Shown piece by piece: positions 36,726-48,621 of a stretch of DNA of 64,000 nt (its first letter is position 1; each line of letters begins with the position of its first letter). The stretch is from Rhizodiscina lignyota. Its lineage: Eukaryota. A model generated the notes under the pieces. The model worked only from the letters and a program-made list of their open reading frames with translations. It ran no database searches and was not told the DNA's origin. A program made the translations under genes and the position numbers. The DNA lies in the NCBI GenBank assembly GCA_010015805.1, contig ML978122.1, positions 2,948,453 to 3,012,452 on the forward strand, in the 5' to 3' direction.

Positions 36726-38880
36726 TCATCCTCTGACTTCAAGCACGGCAACACTGTAGTCAGGCAAATGAAACGAGAATGCCCCGTCTTTGCCTGCCGA
36801 GACATGCGTCGTCGTTGTCTTAACGACATTGACTCCGATATCATTATGAGTATACGGTGCCGGAGCAGTCAGCACCGTCAGCGCCCCGCTTGCACCAGCA
36901 GAGACCCCACTGAACGACACGCTAACAGGGACTGGAGCACTACTGTTGTACGCCTCAGTGCTGTTGTATACAGCGCCCTTGAAGATGTGCGAATCGTCGT
37001 TCTTCCCGGCGACCCAGTATACCGGACCGTACCCACTATCCGAAGTCGCTGGGAGCGTTTCGGCGATCCTGTGGCTTGAGAGTAGTTGGATCATATGGTA
37101 CGATGTGCTCTTGACGTCCTGTGCTGGATCGGCTGTATACGAAATCAAGTCCGGACCCCACTCGTAGCTGTTGAGGTTCTGGAAGAGCGGTGCATATGCT
37201 GCTCCGAGGATCTTGTCGGCGTTGCGTTCAGCGCCGATGAGGAATACTGCCTCACCGATCGTACCGATCCAGTATGGGAACTTCCATCGTGGGTCATCCC
37301 AATTGACACCACCGCCCGCTGCAATGTTGGGCTGTACAGCAGCGTACTCTCCGATGAGAGCAGTGCGGTTCTGCGGATAGTGGTCGAAGAAGTTGAACTG
37401 CGACACAAAGTAGTCGGGTCGCGTATACTGATGGTAGTCTCCGGTTGAAGCTCCTGGAAGAGTTGACTCGTAAGCCACGGTCGATGGAATTACCAGAATG
37501 TCTGGGTACCTGTCATTCAGTTAGAGCCAATTCTTTAGAGGTAACTGGAGCGACGTACTTTGCGTGAATGGCATAGTAAAAGTCATCGAAACGGTACGAC
37601 TGATAAGAACTTCCACCCTGGCCGAGGTTGTCTTCATTGCCGACCTCAACGTACTTGATATTCCAAGGCTTCGGGTATCCGAGCTTGGCGCGCAGAGAGC
37701 CATACTCAGAGTCGACTGAGCCCATCAAGAACTCCAGTTCGTGGAGAGCATCCTGCACGTAATACTGCACCGATGCGTTGCTGAGCGCCGTGCCATCCAG
37801 ATAATAACCGGCCCAGACGGCGAGAACTTACAGCGTCAGCTCATCAGTATCCAGTCAAGAAGCACTCGAACTTACTCGGCTCCATGCCAAGATCGTCGCA
37901 CCAGTTCATATATTCAATGAGGCCCAGACCATCAGTATTCTCATAACCCCATGTCCCAGGTCGTCCGGGTCTGTCCTCCAGGGGACCGATAGTCTCATTC
38001 CAACGCCAATAATAGGGCGGGTCGTTACCCTCCAGATTGTTTCCACCGGGAAGGCGCAGGAACGACTATAGGATATTAGCCGAGTTCGTTTGCATACCGG
38101 ATTCTCTGATAATACCGGCTTGAGGCCCGCCAGCAGCTCCATCAGATCTACCCGCATTCCATTTGGTCGGTTCTTGTACGTCGGTGGGAAAAGACTGATC
38201 AGATTGAAGTCTAAAGAGCCGCCCTTCACCCCGTCCGGGTCAAATGTGATCGAGAAAGTGTTGTTGATGTTCGGCGCATTCGAAGGAACAATTGTAAACT
38301 CATGCTGCACCCACTCACTGCTCTTCGCCTTGGACTCAATATTGACACCGCCGTAGGCCTCATTTGTGAGGTAGGATTGGAGAGAAGCTGTGAAGGTCCC
38401 TTTGTAGTCACCCTTGACGTAGAATGAACCCGTATATTTCTGCTCCTTTACATCAATGCCCCACCATCCAGGATTTGCGAAGCCAATAGGGCCGTCTGAC
38501 CCATTTCCAACAGCAACATGCAACGAAGTGGGCAAGGCCGAAGAAAGTGCATCCGATAGATTCTTCAAGGAAAGCGCAGCTCCGTTAACAGAGGCCCAGG
38601 GATCTAGCATGGAAGGGAAGACCGGGCTGCCTTGGAATGCTCTATTGCGGATGAGTTCGGCGTATATGCCACCATCACCGGAATGATTGATATCCTACGT
38701 ACTTAGCATTTAAACGGCAAGTGGTACGTATTGGAACGAACATACTTCGAACATGATGCCATATTGTTTGCCGCTGGTCTGGTTCCCACCACTCGAGGCT
38801 ACTGATATACTCAAAGCATTACTGATACTGGCGAATGCAGATACAACAGAGAGGTGGAACACTTTCATTTTTGCGACCAT
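36726..38880 (-). CDS. Secreted GH51 alpha-L-arabinofuranosidase (multi-exon, about five introns)
   Basis: Signal peptide; [77 protein letters not shown]. Confidence 0.93.
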
Positions 38881-39831
38881 ACAATGAACGAGGCTTAAGA
38901 ACAGGCGAAGTGCTGCGGAGAAGATGAAGTTTACAAAGAGATCAATTTATATCGAAGGCTGTATGAACAATTCAATCTCTGCTGATCATCGACTTCCAAA
39001 GGTAATCCTTTCCTCGTGCGGGCCATTTGAGCCCGAATTGGCAGTTATTCTTCGCGTCATACCCGTTCCTGAACCCAGTATATTGGGTCATTGCGGAGAT
39101 TGTTCAGGGCAGAGTCTTGCAGCCGAAGCAGAATCGTTGAGGGGCTCGGTATATCCGGAATATGTGCAGGGAGAAGTGCCATGGAATTTGCATATGCAGG
39201 TCACATCCTGCATCTGCAGCCATGCGGAGAAAATAAAGATTGGAGATGCAGTGATCTGCACTGCAGAGCAGGTTAAAGAAAAGCCACCAATCAGAGGTCA
39301 ATTACTTCAATAACTCCACTATGGGAGATGCTGGTCGATCCGAAATAGCGAACAATGAAACAAAAAAGGGACAATGAGAACTCGACCTCAGGAGGAAGAA
39401 CGTCGAGGATGTTTGGAAGACCGAGACGCAGGAAGCACTCTTTTTGGAAAACGCTAACCGTGTTCAGCATTGGTATGCATTTAATCTTGAACCAAACATA
39501 CGTGTGGGTTGGACGAACAGATCCCGCGAATGATCAAACGCAAGCTCGAGCGATGGTTGCAACGTCGAATCTTATTCGAAGAGCTTTGAAGGTGGCGGCG
39601 CTTCGACAGGGATCCCAGCCACAGACAGGCTCCGAGTCACGTCAGACTGAACTGTCTGGTTGCGTACAGCGCATCAGTGTCTTCACTATCGACATGAGTT
39701 TCGCTGACTTTCCATAGTGTCGGAGCACATATGTCGTTGTTTTCGTGTCGCGATTCCGCTGGAGAACGAATGTTCGAGAGTGACGTCTGGATCTGTTTTG
39801 CATTTGCTTTTTGCATGGTTAAGACGTCCAC

Positions 39832-40017
39832 TTATGCAATACCAACGATGATTGCGGCGAGAGATGTGCCTTTGAATATCGTCTCGTACTGTTCGGCTTT
39901 GATAGACGCGCTGTATGGCTGTGGATGGATCCTGACCAAAGCAAATGTAGTGAGCGAGACGTAGGTGGCGATGAGAAAATAGTATCGATACTGGCGAAGA
40001 AAGGGTTTTTGCTCCAT
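39832..40017 (-). CDS. 61-aa two-helix membrane microprotein, loosely HIG1-like
   Basis: MEQKPFLRQYRYYFLIATYVSLTTFALVRIHPQPYSASIKAEQYETIFKGTSLAAIIVGIA: two hydrophobic segments around a K-x-x-Q loop. Confidence 0.5.
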   Translation of the reverse strand: MEQKPFLRQYRYYFLIATYVSLTTFALVRIHPQPYSASIKAEQYETIFKGTSLAAIIVGIA

Positions 40018-40193
40018 GGGATTGAAACAACTGACAAGCAAAGGAGTATTTCTCTGCTTGAAATTTCATTTATACATATCTCGTGTACTTCCTCCTGGGC
40101 CAAATGCAGGCGTCATGCAGACGGCAGCTGAGACATCTGCAGTGCCGGAACTCTAGCCACTCATGTGGCTGAGACAACCACGCGTCAGACGAA

Positions 40194-40202
40194 ATGACGT
40201 CG
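40194..40202 (+). promoter_or_regulatory. CRE-like site ATGACGTCG in the divergent promoter 40018-40379
   Basis: Same 9-mer as upstream of the CsbD-like gene; followed directly by a second ACGT. Confidence 0.35.
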
Positions 40203-40379
40203 ACGTGCATAGACCCCAGATAGGACGGGAGTATATGAGGACCCTAGACATCTGGATTTCTTAGCGTACCAAGTAACAAAGAAATATTTCAAAGATCAAG
40301 AACTCCGAACTCTCCAAATCTTTCGGTCACTCACCTCAAACCTTTACATAACCTCCTCGAACCGATCTTCGCGCTCAAA

Positions 40380-40649
40380 ATGACCATCGGCAACAACAAC
40401 GACACCGGTGTCACTGGCGCCGCAAAGGGCGTCACGTCGATTGTAGGCAACACAGTCTCAGGCGTCACAAACACCTTGGGAGGAGTCGTCGGCGCCGTTG
40501 GGCGAGGTCTCGGTGAGACCGTTTCGGGCGCAACTGGCGGCGTCGGCAATAGCGTTGGCAAAGGCATCTCGGATATGGGTAACGGTGTCGAGAATGGCGC
40601 AGCGCATCTAGCAAAGGGATCGAGGGATGCCGGACAGTGGAAGTCTTGA
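40380..40649 (+). CDS. Small Gly/Val/Thr-rich fungal protein (89 aa), LEA/hydrophilin-like
   Basis: Amphipathic repeats (GVTSIVGNTVSGVTNTLGGVVGAVGRGLGETV); good start context caaaATG and coding-like codon bias. Confidence 0.8.
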   Translation: MTIGNNNDTGVTGAAKGVTSIVGNTVSGVTNTLGGVVGAVGRGLGETVSGATGGVGNSVGKGISDMGNGVENGAAHLAKGSRDAGQWKS

Positions 40650-41181
40650 ATGCGGACATGGCCTGAATATTATTCGATTCGACACGACAGAATAGGGATG
40701 GACTAGTTAAGGCGGGCACGGAGTAACGTGGCTGATATGATCACGACGCTTAAGATTGGATACCCTCGAGTTCAGATGAATCCTGAATAATTGTCAAGTC
40801 TATCAATATCTTTCTATGTGTGACATCTCGTCAAACTTATCCAATATACTACGGCATCATTCTTGCCTCTCACTCAAAGGGGTAGCGAAAGACGTTTCGC
40901 GCTGAGGCCTCGAGGCTCGAGATACTCTGATGTTGAATGGATTACGCTGGACCGCTTGCATAGATATTGGGAATGTCACTGATGTCGACAGAGATGCCGG
41001 AAAAGGATGAACAATGCGGTCGGTTGAAGTGGACTGTGCAGGATCTATCGGTGGCTTGATGGTGGAGACGATCGGAGGCCAGACTTTGAACCAGGAGGGT
41101 GATTTCCGCTAACCGTAAGCGGGTAGCAGCTGTTTGCGCCTCCAGATCGACACGAGATCCATGGACGGATTTCACGTGGGG

Positions 41182-41189
41182 TGACGTCA
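41182..41189. promoter_or_regulatory. Perfect CRE palindrome TGACGTCA upstream of the acidic hydrophilin gene
   Basis: Read directly; an additional TGACGT lies near 41592. Confidence 0.3.
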
Positions 41190-41765
41190 GTGATCGGTCA
41201 AAGCTCTCGTCGCGATGGTGCAAATGCCGCCATGCCACCTGCTCAAGATAGTGAAAGGAAAGGGAGGTGTGGACATCGTATAATGGAACCGTACGCTTAG
41301 TGTACTCCAACTTTGGCTAGAGGTTGCAATAGAGATCGCGACAAGAGTTGCTTGAGCGAGCTTGAAATGCGCCTTGAGAGACATGGCTTGGCACAACAGC
41401 GAGTAAGATGGCGTGGCTGAAGCCTATCTTCAAGGTAAGGCAGCCTGAATACTAAGAAAAAACATGGAAAAGGTCTGAAAGACGCGTAAAATTTCCTCTT
41501 TCCACTTGCGATAGGCGGAACTTGGCAGGTGCGGCGCGCGCGTGGTAGCACCTCAGGCATCAGACTTGATGTCATATCCCGCTTTCCACTTTTGACGTGC
41601 CGTGAGATCAATGGAACAACATATAAGCCTGACCCCTCACTAACTCCTTTGAACCTTTTTGAACAACACAAACCTTCGATCCGCATCCAACCTGGAACCT
41701 CTTTCACATTCAGCAGCCTTTCTCATTCCTTCCAACTCGAACGTAAAGAAGACACAACCACCGCT

Positions 41766-42803
41766 ATGGAGAGCATTACAAACGTAGCTTCCAACGCTGC
41801 CAATACCGCTTCCAAGCTAATTTGGGGTGAGGGCAAAACCGAATCCGGCCAAGAACCCGTGTCTGGACAGCAGGGTCCAGGCAGCAAGACGGAACCCTTC
41901 GATCAGGGTAACAAGGAGGGCGAAGGTGAGTGTTTTGACTGCATTCTGAGTCTCATACTTTGAGTTTCCTGCAATACTCCACTCAAACTTCTTGAATCCA
42001 TGGCTGACTTCTAATCTTGAAGTTCCCACCTCGTCTGAAGGCCAAACCGCAACCTCGACAGCGGCTGTTGGTGATTCTGGTAGCGCAAATCCCGGCACCG
42101 GCAACGACGTCACCGAATCGCAAGAGCCAGTCAACACCTCTTCTGAAGGCCAGACTGCAACCTCCACAGCCGCTGTTGGCGAGCCCGGCAGTGGAGATCC
42201 CAGCACTGGTGCCGACGTCACCGAATCGCAAAAGCCGGTGCAGAAGCAGCAGGGTGCCGACAAGCCCACGGATGAGCCCACCGGTGCTCAGGAGGACGCA
42301 GTGAAGGAGAAGAAAGATGATGCTGAGAAAGCCATGGAGCACCGTGACCCCAATGACCACTCTGGTGAGCCGATGCAGATGCATGACGGCAGCGAGAAGA
42401 AGGAGGAGGAGGAGAGTGGCGATGCTGCTGGACAGCCTGATGAAGAGAAGAGCAAGGAGGAGGGTACTGGAGAGCAGTATGTGAAGAGCTCAGGAATGGC
42501 GGCAGAGGGTGGTGATTTTGATGCTACCAAACCCGGCGCTGGATCAGAGGCAAATCGTAAGTTACTCTCTTTCGTCTCTGTCTGTTATAACCGCCACGCC
42601 CCTGAGCAGGCGTATGTCCCTGAGTATCTTGCTGATCGCTGTCTGCCATTCTAGGTCTCTTGGAGGAACACGGCGTCCACAAGGATGCAGGAAATCAAGG
42701 CCCTCCACAGCAAGCAGAGTCTAGCGGCGGTGTCGACGACTCAAAGGCAAAGCCAAAGATGCTGGAGAAGGTCAAGGAGAAGCTGCATATTGGCAAGCAC
42801 TAA
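41766..42803 (+). CDS. Acidic Gly-rich hydrophilin; exons 41766-41925, 42023-42556, 42655-42803
   Basis: ASKLIWG, QEPVSG, EPFDQGN, DPNDHSGEP, GTGEQYVKSSGMAAEGGDFDATKPGAGSEANRLL; ends KMLEKVKEKLHIGKH. Confidence 0.85.
42028..42243 (+). repeat. Coding tandem duplication, 108 bp (36 aa) x2
   Basis: TSSEGQTATSTAAVG...DVTESQ[EK]PV occurs at 42028 and 42136. Confidence 0.9.
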
Positions 42804-45037
42804 GGGGCAGACCTCTTTTATCATCCATTTCAAGTTTCTCGACACGTTTCCTGCTCTGCGGCGGATTCACTGAAATGACATCATTCTCCTACACGGCCTT
42901 TGCTGCAGGCGCACACGCGACATGATTACCGTGGTGCGGAATTGGATTTCGATAGGTGCTATGTACGATATGGGCTAATACGAGCATCCAACACGATGGC
43001 AGTGTTTTCCTGTGATTCTTGCAGTCTGAGAAGCAGTATTTTCGCACGAATCAATATATGTCCCCCACCATGCTGAGGGTGAAGTCGGAGGGAGATACAT
43101 CTTACCGCACTGCCTCAATAAGCAATTCGGATATTCGCCACGTCCGGAAATGTCCTGGCGGAATCAGTCCTTCCAATCGAGGCCACATTTGGCAAGTGAG
43201 CCCCCAAATCTTGGGGCCTTTTGACTGATGAGGACTCCTATTTTGATTTTGATGCCAAGGATTTCCTATTTTTCGCACATTTCCAAGTTTAATGGGTATT
43301 CCTTCGGGCCCTACAAAGTGTTGTGTTCGCGGCTTCGGAGAGAGTAGCCGTAAGCCAGGCAGGTAAGAGGCTCGGTATGGCATGTTTCCCAGATCTGCGA
43401 TTGGCTATTATCGGGGCTACTTGAGCCGAGATGACCTGGCCGCTTTCCTTTCCAGAGCTTTTGCGACCTTCCTGTAGTATAACTAGGCTCTTCTTCGGCA
43501 CTTGTCTGTCGTGCGACAGGAGCACCGCCACCGCTCTCGGGGTGTGGCAAGCGCACCATCCATCTAGATGTATAAAGGCGTGGGTGACCGGTTTAAAGGA
43601 ATAGGAAGGCAATAAACACTCACCGGAAAGCATTATACATTGTAAACTCGCTATATGGCCGCACTTCTATGATAATGCTCCGTTTCTCACTGTGTCCGAA
43701 TTTACGCGATCGAACCATTACGGCCTTGTCGGCCGAGACCTGCACTTCTCAGCCAACCTTGGTGTGCTAGGCGGCAAAGCCGAACCGTAGCTGCAAACTG
43801 TCGGTGATATGGAGTAGAGACGTTGCTAAGAACATCCTTCAGCATCGAGAGAATCCACTGTTTCTCCTCAGACTGCAAATTCGGGCGAAGCCGCACAACG
43901 GCAACATGACATCTCAGCACCATGTGGGAGATGGAGAGCGCTGAACTTGCATCCTGCCCTGCACCTGCGAGATTGGTTTTAGATCAATCAACCGCAGCCG
44001 CAAAGCCCCCACGACCGGGAGGCTGGTTAAGGTTCGGTAACTCATCTGTCATCGACATCAGCCTTGCAACCAACACTCTGACCACACCACAGCATGCACG
44101 GCATGAAATGCCCCTGTCTGGTAAGCGAGGCCGCAGCCCGCTGTACCCAACGCGCAGGGTCCCAAAGTCCTCACCGTTGACGGCCTCCTTGGAGTGAGAG
44201 GTACGGATATCAACACGAATTTTCAATTATGGGTGTGGATCATGCTACCGGGAACTTCTCAGACTCTCAGTAGAGTGGGAAAGATTCCAAAGCCTGGAGC
44301 AGTTCACCGGATGATCAGTGCCAGAATAAGGCAATCCCCATTCCCCACTCCCAGAAATAAAGTAGAGCCAAAGCCAAAGCGTCCGGGAAGGATCCGGACC
44401 CACCACCAAGGTACGAAGCCGCACGTCCTCCCGACCCCTTTCCGCTCCACCAAAAGGCACCGACTACCGCCCCTATCGGTACCTCTACAGACGCCGAAAT
44501 CAACTGGTCAAAAGAAACTGTCAGCACAAAATATTTGACTCAGCGGCCTTCTCTGCCACGGCGTAGGCTGCTCAACTCCGGTTGGACGAAATGGCCACTA
44601 AGCTTCTCAGTAATCACGCCGCAGACCTAGTCTGGCCGTAGGGCTTCTGCGGGAGGCGCATTGAACCAATAAAGGCGGCACGGCCTCATCCACAATTGCT
44701 CTACATGTTCAGCCATGCGGCCGGAAGTGAGGGTGCGCGTGAGGGGATCGGCGCGGAAACCTATCAATTATGGTTCCGCCTCATGATATGGCTTGAAGGA
44801 GAGGCCGGGATGGGAGAGCTTGTCTGAGGTTAATGCATTCTGCACGACAGCAGGAGACGTTCGAGGTCAAGCGAGTCTGCACATCCTCGATGCTATAAGC
44901 TTCATTTACGTCCCCCGATGTCTGCCCTGTCTTTCCCACCTGTCAAACGATGTCGCCAGTCGCAGTGTTGATCCATTCAACAAATACACAGTCCCGGGAA
45001 GTCGGTTGACATCTGGTCGATCCTCGAGTCCCTGACC

Positions 45038-46219
45038 ATGTCGGATCCATCTCTCCCGCCGTACGTCCCGCTTCGCGACTTCAATTGGAGCCTCAGCCAC
45101 TTTGGAATCTTGCCATGGAATCCAACGGTTTTCTGTCTGATCTCGTCATTCTTCGCTGTCGCCCTGTATCTCTCAATTGAATTGATACTCCAAGTGTGGT
45201 TTACTTTCAAGCGACACAGAGCGCTGTATTACTGGTCTATCCTAATCACGACATTGGGCATCATTGGACATGTCGTGGCCTTCACCCTCAAGCTCTTTGT
45301 ACCCGGTGAAAATGAGATAGGGTCTACCTTCCTGGCGAAAATATCATGGGTCGCAAACACCACTGGCTTCTCCATGGTCCTCTATTCGCGTCTTCACCTT
45401 GTCCTGCGTAACTCGTCAGTACCGCACATAGTCCTGGCCTTTATTCTCGTCGATGGCCTCCTGTTCCACACGCCAGTCATAGTCTGCTCTTTTGGGCTGA
45501 GCACGCCAGCATTTCCACATTGGGTGCCTCCGATGGACATCGCCGAACGAATTCAGATTGTGGGCTTTACGATTCAAGAGTTCACAATATCCTCCATTTA
45601 CACGTACACGACCTGGAAAATGCTCCAGTCCGGGTATAGTGTGCAACTCCGCAATGTCCTCATCCTCCTTGTTCTCGCTCAAATCGCCGTGTTTTTCAGC
45701 GACATGGTCATGGTGGTCGTTGACTATGCCGATATGTTCACGCTCAAGGCCTCGATGCACCCCTTCATATACGCAATCAAACTGAAGATCGAATTCGTCG
45801 TGCTGAACCAGCTGCGGAGACTTGTCAGACACGGTATAGCACCGGGAGATCTGGAAGTCGTATCCGACGACGGAGAGACAAGCCAGGATTCGAACTGGTC
45901 TTCCTGGAAGCGGATTTCTCGACTATCCTGGACGAGATCATCGTCCTGGGAGAAGAGCGTCAAGAGTCCACCGATCCCAGCGACACCGTTGACCCCAGTC
46001 CAGCCACCCAGTGGCGTTCTGCTACGACCAAGCGAGCAATCCAGTCGGCAGATCTCGTTCTCTGACGTGGAGAAGGGATTGAAGGATTTCGAGGCTCGAA
46101 CTGACAGCCCCTTGAAGACTGGAGGCTTTCCCACTTTGCCAAGTCCGATAGAGGAGAATGAACTCCAGATTACGCAAATGGAGCGCCAATACCTGGGGAA
46201 CTTTCAAGTCCAATCCTAG
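45038..46219 (+). CDS. Fungal multi-pass integral membrane protein (GPCR-like topology) with a Ser/Pro-rich tail
   Basis: Six to seven hydrophobic segments; LYYWS, TGFSMVLYSRLHLV, ERIQIVGFTIQE, YAIKLKIEFVVLNQL. Confidence 0.8.
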   Translation: MSDPSLPPYVPLRDFNWSLSHFGILPWNPTVFCLISSFFAVALYLSIELILQVWFTFKRHRALYYWSILITTLGIIGHVVAFTLKLFVPGENEIGSTFLAKISWVANTTGFSMVLYSRLHLVLRNSSVPHIVLAFILVDGLLFHTPVIVCSFGLSTPAFPHWVPPMDIAERIQIVGFTIQEFTISSIYTYTTWKMLQSGYSVQLRNVLILLVLAQIAVFFSDMVMVVVDYADMFTLKASMHPFIYAIKLKIEFVVLNQLRRLVRHGIAPGDLEVVSDDGETSQDSNWSSWKRISRLSWTRSSSWEKSVKSPPIPATPLTPVQPPSGVLLRPSEQSSRQISFSDVEKGLKDFEARTDSPLKTGGFPTLPSPIEENELQITQMERQYLGNFQVQS

Positions 46220-46899
46220 GTCTAACAATGGGCCTGTTCAGAGCATTGTTTTATTAGCATTACGCATTGAAGGATTTTTTATCATGCATTTGAGCCATGG
46301 CGTTGGGGGATTGGCTGCCAGGCAAAATATGCGCGGCATGGAATGACTGGGACGGCGAAAACTGTAAATAGTATTAACGTGGCAAGACACACGAGATTCC
46401 TTTTAAAGGAATTGATAAATGCATAAATGCACACAGAACAGGACTAGGCATTAATGCTCAATGACTGCACCTCCTCTAAAAAATGCTCCTTCTCCGACGC
46501 AAGCGAGTTGGTGGATTCTGGCTGACATGGCTAGGTATTGGGCATAAACGTACGAATTGTGTTAAAGTAAGATACCAATTCAAGGAAGTTGCATATGCGC
46601 GCAGAATGATTTGCTGTCAAGTTTTTACCGCAAGACAAACGGAGCCTGACCGGTGGTGTGAGACTGGAAGTTGTGTTTGATGGTGTGTGGGATCCGCTTA
46701 GAAAGCCCATCCTAGCTTACAGAAATCCACAGATTTGGTCAGTGGGTGGAACTCTGCATCGGCTGTGCGGAAGCCAAAGCTTGAGTTGCGGCCGATAGAT
46801 CCGTTCCCATTACAAGCCCAAGGGTCGTCGAACATAAGCCACATTGGCATCTAAGCGCATTCAAATCGCAGCTCTCGCAGTAGGGAAAGCAATTGAGTC

Positions 46900-47859
46900 C
46901 TACAACCCGTCATGCATCTTTGCCACGTCTTCCGTCGAAGCCAAATCCCCAAGTGTGAATGCATTTGCAGAGAAATTGCCCATTAGGTCCACAGCCCTCT
47001 CTAACACGCCGATCTGTGTAGGCAAGAACCGGAGTGTGGAGGCCAGGTCCTGCTGTATCTGGTCTTCGCTGGGACCCCACGCCCGGATCGCGACCTTTGT
47101 GATGTTCAATGCTCCAGGATCTAACAGTGCCATTCGAGTGGCTAAATCATCGACGTGATTTCGTAGCTTCGCTTGGGAGTCAAAAGCGCGGGTAACCCAC
47201 CCAAGTTGGTCCGCTTGTGCACCAGTGACAGGACTTCCGGTCAGGAGATACTCCGCCGCCTTTTGCATTCCAAGCGCACGTACGACGTATTGGGCTCCGC
47301 CATTTCCAGCCAGTCCACCAGAAGTCACCTCCGGCGCGCTGATGAGAGCATCAGGGCCGGCAAAGCTCATATCGCATTGCACCACGAATTCGTTTCCGGA
47401 ACCCGCGGCACGACCGTTGATTTCCGCTATGAAGATTGTGGGAAGATGGCGGAGGAGCTGTATGGCTTCGAGAGTCGTATTGAAGAGTCGCTGTGTCGTT
47501 TCCGTCGAGAAGGTAGTCCGATTTGGGAGGAAGTAGTTGACGTCGTAGTACCACATGAAGAAGTTCGGCACATCGGAGGAGAAGATGACGACTTTTGGTG
47601 GAGCGGCTGTGACGTTCTTTGAGATGTTACCCGGTTCAAGGGCATGGAGGAAATCGATGATGTCGGTGTTGAGCTTGTAGTCGTAGAGATTGATGGGTGG
47701 ATTGTGCATTGTCACTCGCAGAACGGAGCCATTGTGGCTTGCACTCGTAGTGAGCGTTCCATATCCTGTTGAGTTATCCCTTTCCCATGGAAGCTCCGTG
47801 CCTCCTGCGAACGCTGGACTAGCAGCCAGAAGGAAGCTGATGAAGGGGATTAGAGACAT
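46900..47859 (-). CDS. Crotonase-superfamily (enoyl-CoA hydratase/isomerase) protein with a signal peptide; intronless; alternative ATG at 47892
   Basis: HNPPINL, IAEINGRAAGSGNEFVVQCDMSFA, APEVTSG, AAEYLLTG, GWV; N-terminus MSLIPFISFLLAASPAFA. Confidence 0.85.
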   Translation of the reverse strand: MSLIPFISFLLAASPAFAGGTELPWERDNSTGYGTLTTSASHNGSVLRVTMHNPPINLYDYKLNTDIIDFLHALEPGNISKNVTAAPPKVVIFSSDVPNFFMWYYDVNYFLPNRTTFSTETTQRLFNTTLEAIQLLRHLPTIFIAEINGRAAGSGNEFVVQCDMSFAGPDALISAPEVTSGGLAGNGGAQYVVRALGMQKAAEYLLTGSPVTGAQADQLGWVTRAFDSQAKLRNHVDDLATRMALLDPGALNITKVAIRAWGPSEDQIQQDLASTLRFLPTQIGVLERAVDLMGNFSANAFTLGDLASTEDVAKMHDGL

Positions 47860-48621
47860 TGGGAACCGATTTGAATTATTTGGCAATCTCATGTTCGGGC
47901 ATAGAAGACTAGAAGTATTGTGTGATGTTTGGTTCCAATCCAGTCTAGGTCTGAGAGGACCAGCAATAGGAACTGCTGGAGGATGTTGAAGGGAACTGAT
48001 TGAATGAACACATAGTTGGAGAGAAGAACAATGTGGTTTTGTATTCAGAGACTGACATTGCAATCAACAGTGGCTTGGGATATTGGTAATGCAAAGACAT
48101 CATCGGCAAAGGATTCGGAGGCCGTGTATCCGTCATATAGAAATCAGGGGAACAACATAAATAAAAGAAATGGCGTCCGTGTGAGCACTAGGATGCTTGG
48201 CATAGTGAGAGATGGACTTGGAGAGATGCCATCATGGAGACTTGAATATGATCCGAGCCGCCGCTCCTCTGTGGGTGTGAACCGCATCCGTCCCTCAGCT
48301 AGAAGTTGGCCAGGGTTCGGTATCCCCGATGGATTAACAAGTTTAATGTTTTATTATTCATCAGCGGCTCCTAACTCCGATTCGTCAGCATTGTAATTAC
48401 TGAAGATCGCAGGAAATCTATCCGGCGGTGATTCGCGGCATACCGGGGTGTCAGCAACCCAAAGTCAACATCAACGTATCTTTTCCCAAATCTTCAGGTG
48501 TCGAAAGTATTCTCTGCTGCCAGATTTTCGAGCAACAGAAAATCATAAATGAGGACAGATCTGAATAAAATAGTATCCTGAAATTCAAAGATTGTCCTAC
48601 GAACAGCGTCTAAGTCACGCC

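Noticed and set aside
43000..45000. Several 70-115 aa ORFs in a 2-kb gap
   Set aside because: No coding bias, motifs or consistent exon chain.
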